The translations under genes were made by a program, and so were the position numbers. From an uncultured Pelagibacteraceae bacterium (GTDB lineage Bacteria; Pseudomonadota; Alphaproteobacteria; Pelagibacterales; Pelagibacteraceae), in NCBI GenBank assembly GCA_902578775.1, contig CACHEF010000006.1, positions 2,534-66,533 on the forward strand: DNA of 64,000 bases. Direction: 5' to 3'. Under the pieces are notes generated by a model. That model was not told the origin of the DNA. It ran no database searches and saw only the letters and a list, made by a program, of their open reading frames with translations. Below are positions 31,738-46,490 of this stretch, piece by piece (the stretch's first letter is position 1; every line of letters begins with the position of its first letter).

Positions 31738-33693
31738 ATGAAATTTCCAATCTTATTACCTAATATATTTAATCATCCATTTACTTACGAAAGTGATTAT
31801 AAATTAAAAGTTGGTGAGTATGTTGTTGTTCCATTTGGAAAATCAAAAATCACAGGAGTAGTTTGGGATGAATTTGAAAAAGGTGCAAAAAAAAATTTTA
31901 AAATCAAAAAGATTTTACAAAAACTAGAAATTTCTGCTTTAAAAAAGGATACTATAAAATTTTTAAACTGGTTTTCTCAATATAATATAATTCCAAAAGG
32001 TATGGCATTAAAATTATCTTTATTAAGTAGCAATGCTATTGAAAAATTTATGGATGAAAAATATGAAGATTACAAGTTTAAAATGAAAAATCATTCATTT
32101 GAATTATCTATTGAACAAAAAAACTCTTTAAAATTAATGAATAGAGTAAGAGATAAATTTCGAGTTCACGTGCTACAAGGAACAACAGGTTCAGGAAAAA
32201 CTATTGTGTATTTTGAGGCACTTAAAAAGATAATTACTGATGGTTTTCAAGGTTTAATTTTATTACCTGAGATTGGATTAACTAGTCAATTTGAGCAAAA
32301 ATTTTTTGAATTTTTTGGTTTTAATCCAGCTATTTGGCACTCAGGTGTTAGCAAAAGAAGAAAAGAGATAATTTGGAGCGGTATCAATGAAGGTAAGATC
32401 AAAGTTTTAATTGGCGCAAGATCATCTCTTTTTTTACCATTTAAAAAATTAGGCTTAATAATTGTTGATGAGGAGCATGATCAATCTTACAAGCAAGACG
32501 AAGGTTTAATTTACAATGCAAGGGATATGGCTATTGCGAGAGCTTCTTTTGAAAATATACCAGTTAATTTAATTACTTCTGTTCCATCTGTTGAAACTTA
32601 TGAAAATATAAAGAAAAGAAAATATACAATATCAAAACTAAAACAAAGATATCTGAACGCATCATTACCAAATTATGAAATAATAAATTTAAATAATACG
32701 AAACTTGAAAAACAAACTTGGTTATCAAAAGAGATAATAAAAAAAGCAAATTTTCATTTAGAAAAAAAAGACCAAGTTCTTTTTTTTTTAAATAGAAGAG
32801 GTTTTTCACCTCATGTATTTTGTAATAAATGTTTTAATACCTATACTTGTCCAAATTGCTCTATCAACTTAGTTTATCATAAACGTAAAAATTTACTGAT
32901 TTGCCATTATTGTGGTTATAAATCATTGCTGGACAGGAATTGTTCTAAAGATGGAAAATGTGAATTTATATTTAATGGTCCTGGCGTTGAGAGAATTTTA
33001 GAAGAAGTGAAAAAAAATTTTCCAACAAAAAAAATTGAAATTTTTTCAAGTGATTCAATAAATAAAAAAAAATCTTCAGAAGTTATAAAAAAAATTTTTC
33101 ATAATGAAATTGAAATTCTTATTGGAACTCAATTAATTTCAAAAGGTTTTCATTTTCCTAATTTAAATTGCATTATTATTGTTGATACTGACCTATCAAC
33201 CCAAGGCCATGATTTAAGAGCAGCAGAAAAAAATTTACAATTATACCACCAGTTGATAGGAAGAGCTGGAAGAACTGGCAAGGCTGCAACTGTATATTTT
33301 CAGACATATAATTATGACACAACGTTGATAAATGAGATTACCAATAAAAATCCTGATGTATTTTTAGATAGAGAATTAGAAATTAGAAAAAAAAATAAAC
33401 TTCCTCCATACGAAAGATTTATCTCATTAATACTAACTGGTAAAAATGAGCACACCCTAGAAAAAAATGCTTTTGATTTTAAAATATTCCTGGAAGGTAA
33501 ATTAAATGCAAAAATACTTGGTCCAATAAACGCTCCAATATTTAGGATCAAAAGAAAATTTAGGGTTAGATTGTTAATTAGGGGCACAAAATCTTTAAAA
33601 TTGCAAAATTCAATAAGTGAATTGATCTCTAGATATAAATTTTCTAATGGAATAAAACTAACAGTTGATGTTGACCCCATAAACTTCAATTAA
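31738..33693 (+). CDS. priA: Replication restart helicase PriA
   Basis: GTTGSGKT, LLPEIGL, DEEH, LNRRGF, Cys clusters and GRAGR; ATG at 31738 preferred over TTG at 31708. Confidence 0.95.
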   Translation: MKFPILLPNIFNHPFTYESDYKLKVGEYVVVPFGKSKITGVVWDEFEKGAKKNFKIKKILQKLEISALKKDTIKFLNWFSQYNIIPKGMALKLSLLSSNAIEKFMDEKYEDYKFKMKNHSFELSIEQKNSLKLMNRVRDKFRVHVLQGTTGSGKTIVYFEALKKIITDGFQGLILLPEIGLTSQFEQKFFEFFGFNPAIWHSGVSKRRKEIIWSGINEGKIKVLIGARSSLFLPFKKLGLIIVDEEHDQSYKQDEGLIYNARDMAIARASFENIPVNLITSVPSVETYENIKKRKYTISKLKQRYLNASLPNYEIINLNNTKLEKQTWLSKEIIKKANFHLEKKDQVLFFLNRRGFSPHVFCNKCFNTYTCPNCSINLVYHKRKNLLICHYCGYKSLLDRNCSKDGKCEFIFNGPGVERILEEVKKNFPTKKIEIFSSDSINKKKSSEVIKKIFHNEIEILIGTQLISKGFHFPNLNCIIIVDTDLSTQGHDLRAAEKNLQLYHQLIGRAGRTGKAATVYFQTYNYDTTLINEITNKNPDVFLDRELEIRKKNKLPPYERFISLILTGKNEHTLEKNAFDFKIFLEGKLNAKILGPINAPIFRIKRKFRVRLLIRGTKSLKLQNSISELISRYKFSNGIKLTVDVDPINFN

Positions 33694-33727
33694 CCTAAAA
33701 AAAAAGGCATTTTTTCAAATCAGCTAC

Positions 33728-33756
33728 TTGAAGACATAAGGACCGTATGGTATTTA
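33728..33756 (+). promoter_or_regulatory. Putative promoter of atpHAGDC
   Basis: TTGAAG-N17-TATTTA with TGn before the -10. Confidence 0.4.
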
Positions 33757-33800
33757 AAGCGTGTTTTTTAAATAATCTTCAATATTATAAAGGAATAAAG

Positions 33801-34358
33801 TTGAGCAAAGATAAAGGATTTTCAATAACTTCAGCCGAAAGGTATTCTCTTGCGCTTTTTGAACTTTCAAAAGAAAACAATCTTTTAAGACAGATTGAAG
33901 ATCAGTCTTTATCTATTCTTAATTTAATTAAGAAAAGTGAAGATTTTTCTGATTTAGTTAAAGATCCAACTACAAGCCATGAGAATTTATTGAGAGTAAT
34001 TAATACAATATCTGAAAATAATAAATTTGAGTCTTTATTTAAAAATTTTTTAAGCTTTTTAATTCAAAAAAGACGTTTCTTTTTTATTGAGCGTATCCTT
34101 AAAAGTTTTATTGAAATTTGTTCAAGAAAAAGAGGTGAACTTAAGGCAGAACTTAAATCAGCAAAAGAATTATCTAATGAAGAAATTGCAAAAATTACAG
34201 AGGAGTTAACAAAAAATTTCAGCTCAAAAATAAAATTAAACTATAAACATGATGAAAGTTTAATAGGAGGCTTGGTGGTACAAGTTGGAAGTATTATGGT
34301 AGATACCTCAATTAAAAATAAATTACAACAAATCGAAAATAGAATGATAGAGGCATAA
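33801..34358 (+). CDS. atpH: ATP synthase F1 delta subunit
   Basis: AERYSLALFE and LIGGLVVQVGSIMVDTS; TTG at 33801 follows AAGGA (ORF track starts at 33747). Confidence 0.95.
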   Translation: MSKDKGFSITSAERYSLALFELSKENNLLRQIEDQSLSILNLIKKSEDFSDLVKDPTTSHENLLRVINTISENNKFESLFKNFLSFLIQKRRFFFIERILKSFIEICSRKRGELKAELKSAKELSNEEIAKITEELTKNFSSKIKLNYKHDESLIGGLVVQVGSIMVDTSIKNKLQQIENRMIEA

Positions 34359-35894
34359 ATGGAAATAAATCCTTCAGAAGTTACAAAAATATTAAAAGAA
34401 CAAATTAAAAATTTTGGTGATAAAGCAGAAGTTACAGAAGTTGGTCAAGTTTTATCAGTTGGAGACGGTATTGCTAGGATTTATGGGCTGGACAATGTTC
34501 AAGCTGGTGAAATGGTTGAGTTTGCTGATGGTTCAAAAGGTATGGCGCTAAATTTAGAAAGTGAAAACGTTGGTGTTGTAATTTTTGGTGATGACAGAAA
34601 TGTTAAAGAAGGTGATGTAGTAAAAAGAACTGGTAATATTGTTGATACACCAGTCGGAAAAGAATTATTAGGAAGAGTAGTTGATGGTTTAGGAAATCCT
34701 ATTGATGGAAAAGGACCATTAGATAAAAGTATTAAAAAAAGCAGAGTTGAAGTTAAAGCACCAGGTATTGTTCCACGACAATCTGTTAGTGAACCAATGC
34801 AAACCGGCCTTAAATCAATTGATAGTTTGGTTCCGATTGGAAGAGGGCAAAGGGAATTAATTATTGGTGATAGACAAACTGGTAAAACAGCAGTTGCGGT
34901 AGATGCGATTATCAATCAAAAAAAAATCAATGAAACTGGCGATGAAAAACAAAAACTGTATTGTATATACGTTGCAGTTGGACAAAAAAGATCAACAGTA
35001 AGACAAATTCAAAAAACTTTAGAAGAAGCTGGAGCTATGGAGTACACAACAATCGTTGCTGCAACGGCATCTGACTCTGCTCCTTTACAATTTTTAGCAC
35101 CATATACAGGTTGTGCTATGGGTGAGTATTTTAGAGATAATGGAATGCATGCGTTAATAATTTATGATGACTTGTCTAAACAAGCAGTTGCTTATAGACA
35201 AATGTCATTGCTATTAAGAAGACCCCCAGGACGTGAGGCTTATCCTGGAGATGTATTTTATCTTCATAGTAGATTACTTGAAAGAGCAGCAAAATTAAGT
35301 GACGAACATGGTGGGGGATCACTTACTGCACTTCCAATTATTGAAACACAAGGTGGAGACGTATCTGCGTTTATTCCAACTAACGTTATTTCAATCACAG
35401 ACGGGCAAATTTTCCTTGAAACAGAATTATTTAACCAAGGTATAAGACCTGCAATCAACGTAGGTTTGTCAGTATCTAGGGTTGGTTCATCAGCTCAAAC
35501 AAAAGCGATGAAAAAAGTTTCAGGATCGATGAAATTAGAGTTAGCACAATACAGAGAAATGGCAGCATTTGCGCAATTTGGATCTGATCTAGATGCATCA
35601 ACCCAGCAACTTTTGAATAGAGGTTCTAAGCTAACTGAACTTTTAAAACAAAAACAATATTCACCTATGACTGTTGCAGAACAAGTTATTTCTGTATTTT
35701 GTGGTGTGAAAGGTTATTTGGACGATATTGATCTGAAAGATGTTGCTGAATTTGAGAGCAAGATCATTGAAAAATGTAAATCAGATAAGCCTGAGATTAT
35801 AGAGTCAATTTTGACTTCAGGAAAACTTGAGGAAGATAAAGAAAAATTACTTGTTGAGATAATCACTCAATTAAAAGGAAATCTTAAATCTTAG
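34359..35894 (+). CDS. atpA: ATP synthase F1 alpha subunit
   Basis: [21 protein letters not shown] and SVSRVG motifs. Confidence 0.99.
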   Translation: MEINPSEVTKILKEQIKNFGDKAEVTEVGQVLSVGDGIARIYGLDNVQAGEMVEFADGSKGMALNLESENVGVVIFGDDRNVKEGDVVKRTGNIVDTPVGKELLGRVVDGLGNPIDGKGPLDKSIKKSRVEVKAPGIVPRQSVSEPMQTGLKSIDSLVPIGRGQRELIIGDRQTGKTAVAVDAIINQKKINETGDEKQKLYCIYVAVGQKRSTVRQIQKTLEEAGAMEYTTIVAATASDSAPLQFLAPYTGCAMGEYFRDNGMHALIIYDDLSKQAVAYRQMSLLLRRPPGREAYPGDVFYLHSRLLERAAKLSDEHGGGSLTALPIIETQGGDVSAFIPTNVISITDGQIFLETELFNQGIRPAINVGLSVSRVGSSAQTKAMKKVSGSMKLELAQYREMAAFAQFGSDLDASTQQLLNRGSKLTELLKQKQYSPMTVAEQVISVFCGVKGYLDDIDLKDVAEFESKIIEKCKSDKPEIIESILTSGKLEEDKEKLLVEIITQLKGNLKS

Positions 35895-35900
35895 TAATTT

Positions 35901-38193
<2,293 letters not shown>

Positions 38194-38194
<1 letters not shown>

Positions 38195-38586
38195 TGAGTG
38201 AAGAGTTTAAAGTTGAAATAGTAAATCCTGAAAAATCTTTTTTAGCAAAAGATGATGTTTCAGAAGTCGTGGTCCCTGCTTTTGAAGGAGAGATGGGAAT
38301 ATTGAAGGATCATATTTCTATTATTTCATTTTTGAAACCTGGGATAATTAAGATTTTATCAAAATCAGGTGATGAAAGCTACTATGTTGAAGATGGGATC
38401 GTTGAATTTAAAAATAACAATCTATCTATTTTAACAAGTACAATTTTTAATCTTGCCGATATGGATAAGTCAAAGCAACAAGATTTACTTAAACAAGCAG
38501 AAGAAGAGGCTAATAAAACTGATATTAACGATCAATCTAAATATTTAGCAGATCAAAAAGTTGGAGTTTTAAAAACTCTAAATTAA
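38194..38586 (+). CDS. atpC: ATP synthase F1 epsilon subunit
   Basis: EIVNPE and GEMGILKDH; follows atpD. Confidence 0.93.
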
Positions 38587-39051
38587 TTTTTTTACTTTTT
38601 CTTTAAGTTCTTTGTAAACATGATGTTTAAAATCGACCACAACATCAGTAATTAAATCTAAATCAATCCACTTCCAATCCAAAAACTCCGGATGAGATGT
38701 ATTAATATTTATTTCATTATCATTTCCAATAAATCGCATTAAAAACCATTTTTGCTTTTGACCTTTGTATTTACCTTTCCAAATAATACCTAGTAATCTA
38801 TCAGGTAAATCATAGGTTAATGTACCATCTAATTCTTTTATAAGTTCTACGCTTTTAATACTTGTTTCTTCCTCTAGTTCTCTAAATGCAGCTTTTAAAT
38901 AATCCTCCCCCTCATCAACACCACCCTGAGGCATCTGCCAAAAATTTTTCGGATTATCTATTCTTTTTGCAACGAATACTTTATTTTGGTTATTTAATAA
39001 CACTATTCCGACTCCACTTCTCAGTGGTAAATCTTCAAAATTTTTATTCAT
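38578..39051 (-). CDS. rppH: RNA pyrophosphohydrolase (Nudix)
   Basis: WQMPQGGVDEGE..AAFRELEEETS Nudix box and GQKQKWF. Confidence 0.95.
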   Translation of the reverse strand: MNKNFEDLPLRSGVGIVLLNNQNKVFVAKRIDNPKNFWQMPQGGVDEGEDYLKAAFRELEEETSIKSVELIKELDGTLTYDLPDRLLGIIWKGKYKGQKQKWFLMRFIGNDNEININTSHPEFLDWKWIDLDLITDVVVDFKHHVYKELKEKVKKLI

Positions 39052-39052
39052 A

Positions 39053-40189
39053 TTATCCGTTAAGTAACTTAATAGCGTAGCTTAATTGATTATCAGTATC
39101 AGTTTTTATTCTAAAATCATCACCTTCTTCATTTATTTCAATATCTGGGCTTACGCCTACTTCAGAAATAGACTCTCCTGATGGCAAGTAGTATTTAGCA
39201 ACTGTTAATCTGATAGCCCCTTTATTTTTTAAGGGAATAATTGACTGAACAGAACCCTTTCCATAACTATTCTCACCTAAAACAATTGCTCTTTTATGAT
39301 CTTTTAATGCTCCAGCTACAATTTCAGATGCAGAGGCTGATCCATAATTTATTAAAACTATTAATGTTTTTCCATTTGTTAAATCTCCTTTTTTTGCAAA
39401 CCATTTCCTGTTTTCAGAAACTTGTCTGCTTTTAGTAGACACAATTTCACCGTTTTCTAAAAAAAAATCAGAAATTTTAATTGCTTGAGAAAGTAAACCT
39501 CCAGGGTTATTTCTTAAATCTAAGATATAAGCTTTAATGTCTTGATTTTTCTCTAAATCTTTAATTTTATCTTCTATTTGTTCACTACTATTTTCATTAA
39601 ATGATGTAAGTCTGATATAACCAATATCCTTTTCTAATAAATCAGACTTAACTGATTGAATTTTAATTATTTCTCTAATGATATTAAATGTGATTGCTTT
39701 TTTCTCTCCTCTACGTCTAACTGTTAATTCAATACTAGATCCTACTGGACCACGCATTAAATCAACTGCTTCACTTAAAGTTTTACCTTGTACTTGTATA
39801 TCTTCAATTTTCACGATGTAATCTCCAGCTTTGATACCAGCCCTCGATGCCGGCGTATCATCAATAGGTGAAATTACTTTAACCACTCCTGACTCCATAC
39901 TTACTTCAATACCAAGTCCACCAAATTCGCCACTAGTCTCTGTTTGCATCTCATTAAAAATTTCTGGAGACATATATGCTGAATATGGATCTAAAGATTG
40001 AAGGAGACCATTAATAGCAGAGTCCATGCTTTCAGATTGATCTATTTCATCAACGTATTCATTATTTATTTTTTCTAATACTTCACCAAATAAATCAATT
40101 TTTTTATAAATATCTACTTCATTTGAGGAAGAGAAGTTTGCAAAAAGAAAACTATTACAAAAAAAAATTATTATTAGATAATATCTCAT
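39053..40189 (-). CDS. ctpA: S41 carboxy-terminal processing protease
   Basis: PDZ domain (FGGLGI), DLRNNPGG, SASASEI and YGKGSVQ; ATG at 40189 overlaps the rsfS stop. Confidence 0.94.
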   Translation of the reverse strand: MRYYLIIIFFCNSFLFANFSSSNEVDIYKKIDLFGEVLEKINNEYVDEIDQSESMDSAINGLLQSLDPYSAYMSPEIFNEMQTETSGEFGGLGIEVSMESGVVKVISPIDDTPASRAGIKAGDYIVKIEDIQVQGKTLSEAVDLMRGPVGSSIELTVRRRGEKKAITFNIIREIIKIQSVKSDLLEKDIGYIRLTSFNENSSEQIEDKIKDLEKNQDIKAYILDLRNNPGGLLSQAIKISDFFLENGEIVSTKSRQVSENRKWFAKKGDLTNGKTLIVLINYGSASASEIVAGALKDHKRAIVLGENSYGKGSVQSIIPLKNKGAIRLTVAKYYLPSGESISEVGVSPDIEINEEGDDFRIKTDTDNQLSYAIKLLNG

Positions 40190-40536
40190 ATAATAACCTT
40201 TTCTTTTGGTATTAATTCTGACCAAATTTTTTCTAGCTCATAAAATTTTCTTTTTTCAGGATGAAAGATATGAACTATAAGGTCGATACCATCTACCAGT
40301 TTCCATTCATTACTATCTTTACCTTCAATCCTAGAATTTTTTAATCCATTATCTTTAAATTTTTCTAAAACTTGTTCAGATAAAGATTGAATATGTCTTG
40401 AAGATGTTCCACTAGCAATAATCATATAATCGGCCATTGAGCTTTTATCTTTCAGGTCGATACTTACAATGTTGTGAGCTTTATTTAAATCTAGAGTTTT
40501 AATAATAATATTTTTTAAATCTGAGTTTTTATACAT
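40186..40536 (-). CDS. rsfS: Ribosome silencing factor (Iojap)
   Basis: DYMIIASGTSSRH, W.LVD..DLIVHIF and FYELEKIW. Confidence 0.95.
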   Translation of the reverse strand: MYKNSDLKNIIIKTLDLNKAHNIVSIDLKDKSSMADYMIIASGTSSRHIQSLSEQVLEKFKDNGLKNSRIEGKDSNEWKLVDGIDLIVHIFHPEKRKFYELEKIWSELIPKEKVII

Positions 40537-40553
40537 TAATTAGATTAAGATTA

Positions 40554-41075
40554 TCAAATTTTTCTCAATTGAGAAGATGAAATGTTGACTTTACTAAACT
40601 CAATAAACTCAAGCTTGGCTTTACTGAGTTGCTTAAATGTCTTTGATTTTAAAGAATTTTTTTTATACCCATGTCGGTCAAAAACTAGAATATTACATTT
40701 TTGTGAAATTAATTTAGATTTATGCCATTTATGAAAATTAATAAGATTATCGGCACCCATCAAAAAATAAATTTCAATGTTTTTATTTTTTTTTAAATGA
40801 TTAATTAAATCTATAGTTTTATTTGATTTAATAATTTTTTCATAAAATTTAACCTTGATAAATGAATTTGTACCAATTATTTTTTTACAATATTTAATTC
40901 TGTTAGCAACAGATGTCTTGCTCTCTATTTTAAATGGATTTTTTTTTGTAATTGCCCAAATAATTTTTTTGAGTTTGAATCTTTTTTTTGCTTCCTTAGA
41001 AATTACCAGATGTCCTTTGTGAGCAGGATCAAACGACCCACCTAATACACCAATTTTTATTTTTGTGTTATTCAA
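40554..41075 (-). CDS. nadD: Nicotinate-nucleotide adenylyltransferase
   Basis: GGSFDPAHKGH, LMGADN and ISSSQLR. Confidence 0.93.
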   Translation of the reverse strand: MNNTKIKIGVLGGSFDPAHKGHLVISKEAKKRFKLKKIIWAITKKNPFKIESKTSVANRIKYCKKIIGTNSFIKVKFYEKIIKSNKTIDLINHLKKNKNIEIYFLMGADNLINFHKWHKSKLISQKCNILVFDRHGYKKNSLKSKTFKQLSKAKLEFIEFSKVNISSSQLRKI

Positions 41076-41076
41076 T

Positions 41077-42327
41077 TTAATCTCTTATTTTGCCATTACT
41101 AGTTATTTCATATTTATATGAAATTAATTGATTTATACCTACAGGACCTCTAGGTGGTAGTGTATTGGTGGAAATTCCAACTTCTCCACCAAATCCAAAT
41201 TCACCACCATCAGCAAATTGAGTTGAGGTATTATGCATTGCAATTGAGCTTTTGACATTTTTTAAGAAATATTTTGCCGTCTTTTTATTTTTTGTAATAA
41301 TGGAGTCAGTGTGCATAGTTCCATATTTGTTAATATGTTTAATTGCCTCTTCAGAATTTTTAACAACTCTAACAGATACAATTGAAGCTAAATATTCAGT
41401 TGACCAATCTTTTTCTTTTGCAGGATATACTTGACCTTTGTAATAACTCTTCAAATTCTTATCGCCAATTATTTTACAACCACTATTTTCAAGTGCCTGC
41501 AAAATAGGATTGCTAAATTTTTTGACTATGTCTTTATGAATAAGAACAGTTTCAGTCGCACCACAAATACTTGTATTTCTTAATTTAGCGTTAAAGACAA
41601 CTTCTTTAGCCATTTTTAATTCTGCGTCTTTATCTATATAAGTATGACAAAGCCCCTCTAGGTGCCCAATTATTGGTACTTTGGATAACTCTAAAACTTT
41701 TTTAACTAAATTTTTTCCACCACGAGGTATGATTACATCTATATATTTTTTCATCTTAGAAAGCATGATATCTACAAGTTTTCTTTGTTTTGAGTCAATA
41801 AATTGAATGAAATTTTCATTAACTTTATTTTTTTTAAGTGCTTTTTTAAATAACTTAGCTAGAGCTCTATTTGAATTTATAGCCTCAGAACCTCCTTTCA
41901 AAATTACTACATTTCCAGATTTAAAACATAGACTAGCTACATCAGAGGTTACATTTGGTCTACTTTCATAAATAACACCAATAACTCCAATTGGTATTGA
42001 CACTCTTTTTATATTCAAACCATTTGGTCTTTTCCATTTTTCTAAAGTGCTATCGATAGGGTCTTTTAATTTAGCTATTTTAAAAATAGAATTTATAATT
42101 CCATTTAATTTATTTTCATTTAAATGAAGTCTTTTGATTAAGTTTTCTTTTAACCCTTTTTTTCTTGCGTGATTAATATCTCTTAAATTTTGACTTATGA
42201 TTAATTTTTTTTTATTTTTAATTAATTTTGCATAATCATTTAAAACTTTATTTTTTACTTTAGTTGGAACTTTAAATTCACTTGCTTTTCGAGCTTTTAT
42301 CCCGACTAAATTCATATATTTAATCAT
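41077..42327 (-). CDS. proA: Gamma-glutamyl phosphate reductase
   Basis: IYESRPNVT, IIPRGG, ICGATE and NTSTQFADGGEFGFGGEVGIST. Confidence 0.97.
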   Translation of the reverse strand: MIKYMNLVGIKARKASEFKVPTKVKNKVLNDYAKLIKNKKKLIISQNLRDINHARKKGLKENLIKRLHLNENKLNGIINSIFKIAKLKDPIDSTLEKWKRPNGLNIKRVSIPIGVIGVIYESRPNVTSDVASLCFKSGNVVILKGGSEAINSNRALAKLFKKALKKNKVNENFIQFIDSKQRKLVDIMLSKMKKYIDVIIPRGGKNLVKKVLELSKVPIIGHLEGLCHTYIDKDAELKMAKEVVFNAKLRNTSICGATETVLIHKDIVKKFSNPILQALENSGCKIIGDKNLKSYYKGQVYPAKEKDWSTEYLASIVSVRVVKNSEEAIKHINKYGTMHTDSIITKNKKTAKYFLKNVKSSIAMHNTSTQFADGGEFGFGGEVGISTNTLPPRGPVGINQLISYKYEITSNGKIRD

Positions 42328-44422
<2,095 letters not shown>

Positions 44423-44438
44423 TTAATTGGTTGTACTA

Positions 44439-44693
44439 TTAATTGGGCTTTACAGAAACGAAAGTTCTATCTGATTTAGATTTTCTGAAGACGACTTTTC
44501 CTTTAACAACTGAAAATATTGAATGATCTTTACCCATACCGACATTTTCACCTGGAAAAATCTTAGTTCCTCTTTGTCTAACAATTATGTTTCCAGGAAT
44601 AACTGTTTCACCACCATACTTTTTTACACCAAGTCTTCTACCGGCACTATCTCGTCCGTTTCGCGATGATCCACCTGCTTTTTTTGTTGCCAT
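44439..44693 (-). CDS. rpmA: 50S ribosomal protein L27
   Basis: [16 protein letters not shown] and IIVRQRGT. Confidence 0.98.
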   Translation of the reverse strand: MATKKAGGSSRNGRDSAGRRLGVKKYGGETVIPGNIIVRQRGTKIFPGENVGMGKDHSIFSVVKGKVVFRKSKSDRTFVSVKPN

Positions 44694-44707
44694 AATTTAC
44701 CTAATAA

Positions 44708-45106
44708 CTATTTACTTACTGCTTCTTTAACTTCTTTTTTTTTTGAAGTTTTAGAAATTTTTTCAGCTTCTGATAATACTTTACCATCTTTTGAAAAAAT
44801 TTTGTTAATTCTTATCATAGAATATTCTTGTCTATGCCCGTTTTTTCTTCTTGAATTATGTCTTCTTCTTTTTTTAAAAATTAAGATAGTTCGATTTTTA
44901 TTATTTTTAATTAAGTTAGCTTCTACTTTTGCACCCTCAACATTTGGAGTTCCAATTTCAATTGATTTATCATCACCATATGCCAAAATTTCATTAAACT
45001 CGATATTAGTCTCAGGTTTAGAGTCTGGTAGTTTTTCAATCTTAAGAATTTCGCCAGATTTTACTTTATACTGTTTTCCACCTGTTTTTATAATTGCGTA
45101 TGACAT
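44708..45106 (-). CDS. rplU: 50S ribosomal protein L21
   Basis: YAIIKTGGKQY and GHRQ; ATG at 45106 preferred. Confidence 0.97.
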   Translation of the reverse strand: MSYAIIKTGGKQYKVKSGEILKIEKLPDSKPETNIEFNEILAYGDDKSIEIGTPNVEGAKVEANLIKNNKNRTILIFKKRRRHNSRRKNGHRQEYSMIRINKIFSKDGKVLSEAEKISKTSKKKEVKEAVSK

Positions 45107-45132
45107 AGTATGGTATAAATTAAATTTATCGC

Positions 45133-45160
45133 AATATAATTGTAGTAAGCTTTTAGTCAA
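45133..45160 (-). promoter_or_regulatory. Putative promoter of the rplU-rpmA-obgE operon
   Basis: TTGACT-N16-TATATT on the minus strand. Confidence 0.45.
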
Positions 45161-45170
45161 GCCGAATTAA

Positions 45171-45890
45171 TTAAAAATTATCCTTTAAATCTCTTAATTT
45201 TGTAAAAGTTTTAACGTCTTTTGCTCTTAAAAATATATTACACATTAATTCCTCTTCTAAAGTTGAAGGTATAGTAGGAATTCCATTTTCTGTTAATTTA
45301 TCAATTTTTTCTATTTTTTTTTGTAAATCTTTGTTCTTAGGATCGTATTTTTTGCAAAATTTTGCATTGTTAAGAGTATATTCATGACCACAATAAATTT
45401 TTGTCTCTTTTGGTAATAATTTAATTTTGTTCAAAGATTCAAACATTTCTTCATTAGAGCCTTCAAATATTCTTCCACAACCTAGTGAGAAAAGTGTATC
45501 TCCAGTAAAAACTAATTTTTCTTTGAAAAAATTAAAACAAATATGGCCTGAAGTGTGTCCAGGTATATGCATAATTTTAGCTTCAAAATTATCAGCTTTC
45601 CATATTTGATTATCTTCTAACAATGTGTCTATCCCCGGTATTCGTTTTGAGTCTCCTTTAAAACCCACAACAATTGATCCATATTTTTTTTTTAATTCTA
45701 GATTTCCTCCGATATGATCATAATGATGATGAGTATTAAGAATATATTTTAATTTTATATTTTTATTTTCTAGGAAACTTATTATTGGTTGAGACTCACT
45801 AGGATCTACAACACACGCAGAATTGTTAGTTTTGTCTATTATTAAATAACTAAAGTTATCTTGAAGACAAGGTATTATTTCAATAAGCAT
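45171..45890 (-). CDS. gloB: Hydroxyacylglutathione hydrolase (glyoxalase II)
   Basis: THHHYDHIGG, PGHT, FTGDTLFSLGCGR and CGHEYT. Confidence 0.96.
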   Translation of the reverse strand: MLIEIIPCLQDNFSYLIIDKTNNSACVVDPSESQPIISFLENKNIKLKYILNTHHHYDHIGGNLELKKKYGSIVVGFKGDSKRIPGIDTLLEDNQIWKADNFEAKIMHIPGHTSGHICFNFFKEKLVFTGDTLFSLGCGRIFEGSNEEMFESLNKIKLLPKETKIYCGHEYTLNNAKFCKKYDPKNKDLQKKIEKIDKLTENGIPTIPSTLEEELMCNIFLRAKDVKTFTKLRDLKDNF

Positions 45891-45891
45891 T

Positions 45892-46488
45892 TTATTTTTC
45901 TATCAAAAATATACCAAGATCTGCAAATAAATTTTTAACACCTAAATTACCCTTACTTATTATTGACGTATTAAGATTATTTAAAGCGAGTGATTTAAAA
46001 ATCTTTATATCTTTTGATTTTACAAAATGAAAAAAATCTTTGATTGTGCACATGTGTAAATTTGGAGTGTTATACCATTCATCTGGTAATGTTTTTGTAA
46101 TTGGCATTGTCCCTTTAAATAATAAATGAAATCTTACTTTCCAATATCCAAAATTAGGAATAGTAACTATTGCTTTTTTTCCAACTCTTAAAAGTTCATC
46201 TAAAACTAATTCAGGATTAAGAAAAGCTTGAAGTGTTTGACTTAAAACAACGTAATCAAATGATTTGTCTGGAAATTGTTTTAAATCTTTCTCAGCATTC
46301 CCCTCAATTACTGTTAAACCTTTTGCAATACATTCTTGCACTTTTTCTTTTGAAATTTCTAATCCTCTTATATTAATGTTTTTGTTTTGTTTTAAAAATT
46401 TCATTAAAGTTCCATCAGCACAACCTACATCTAAGACTTTCTTATCTTTTTCAATTAAATCTGCTATTACTCGAAATTCATTTTTCAT
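45892..46488 (-). CDS. metW: Methionine biosynthesis protein MetW
   Basis: VLDVGC, LSQTLQA, PNFGYW and WYNTPNLH; adjacent to metX. Confidence 0.95.
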   Translation of the reverse strand: MKNEFRVIADLIEKDKKVLDVGCADGTLMKFLKQNKNINIRGLEISKEKVQECIAKGLTVIEGNAEKDLKQFPDKSFDYVVLSQTLQAFLNPELVLDELLRVGKKAIVTIPNFGYWKVRFHLLFKGTMPITKTLPDEWYNTPNLHMCTIKDFFHFVKSKDIKIFKSLALNNLNTSIISKGNLGVKNLFADLGIFLIEK

Positions 46489-46490
46489 AA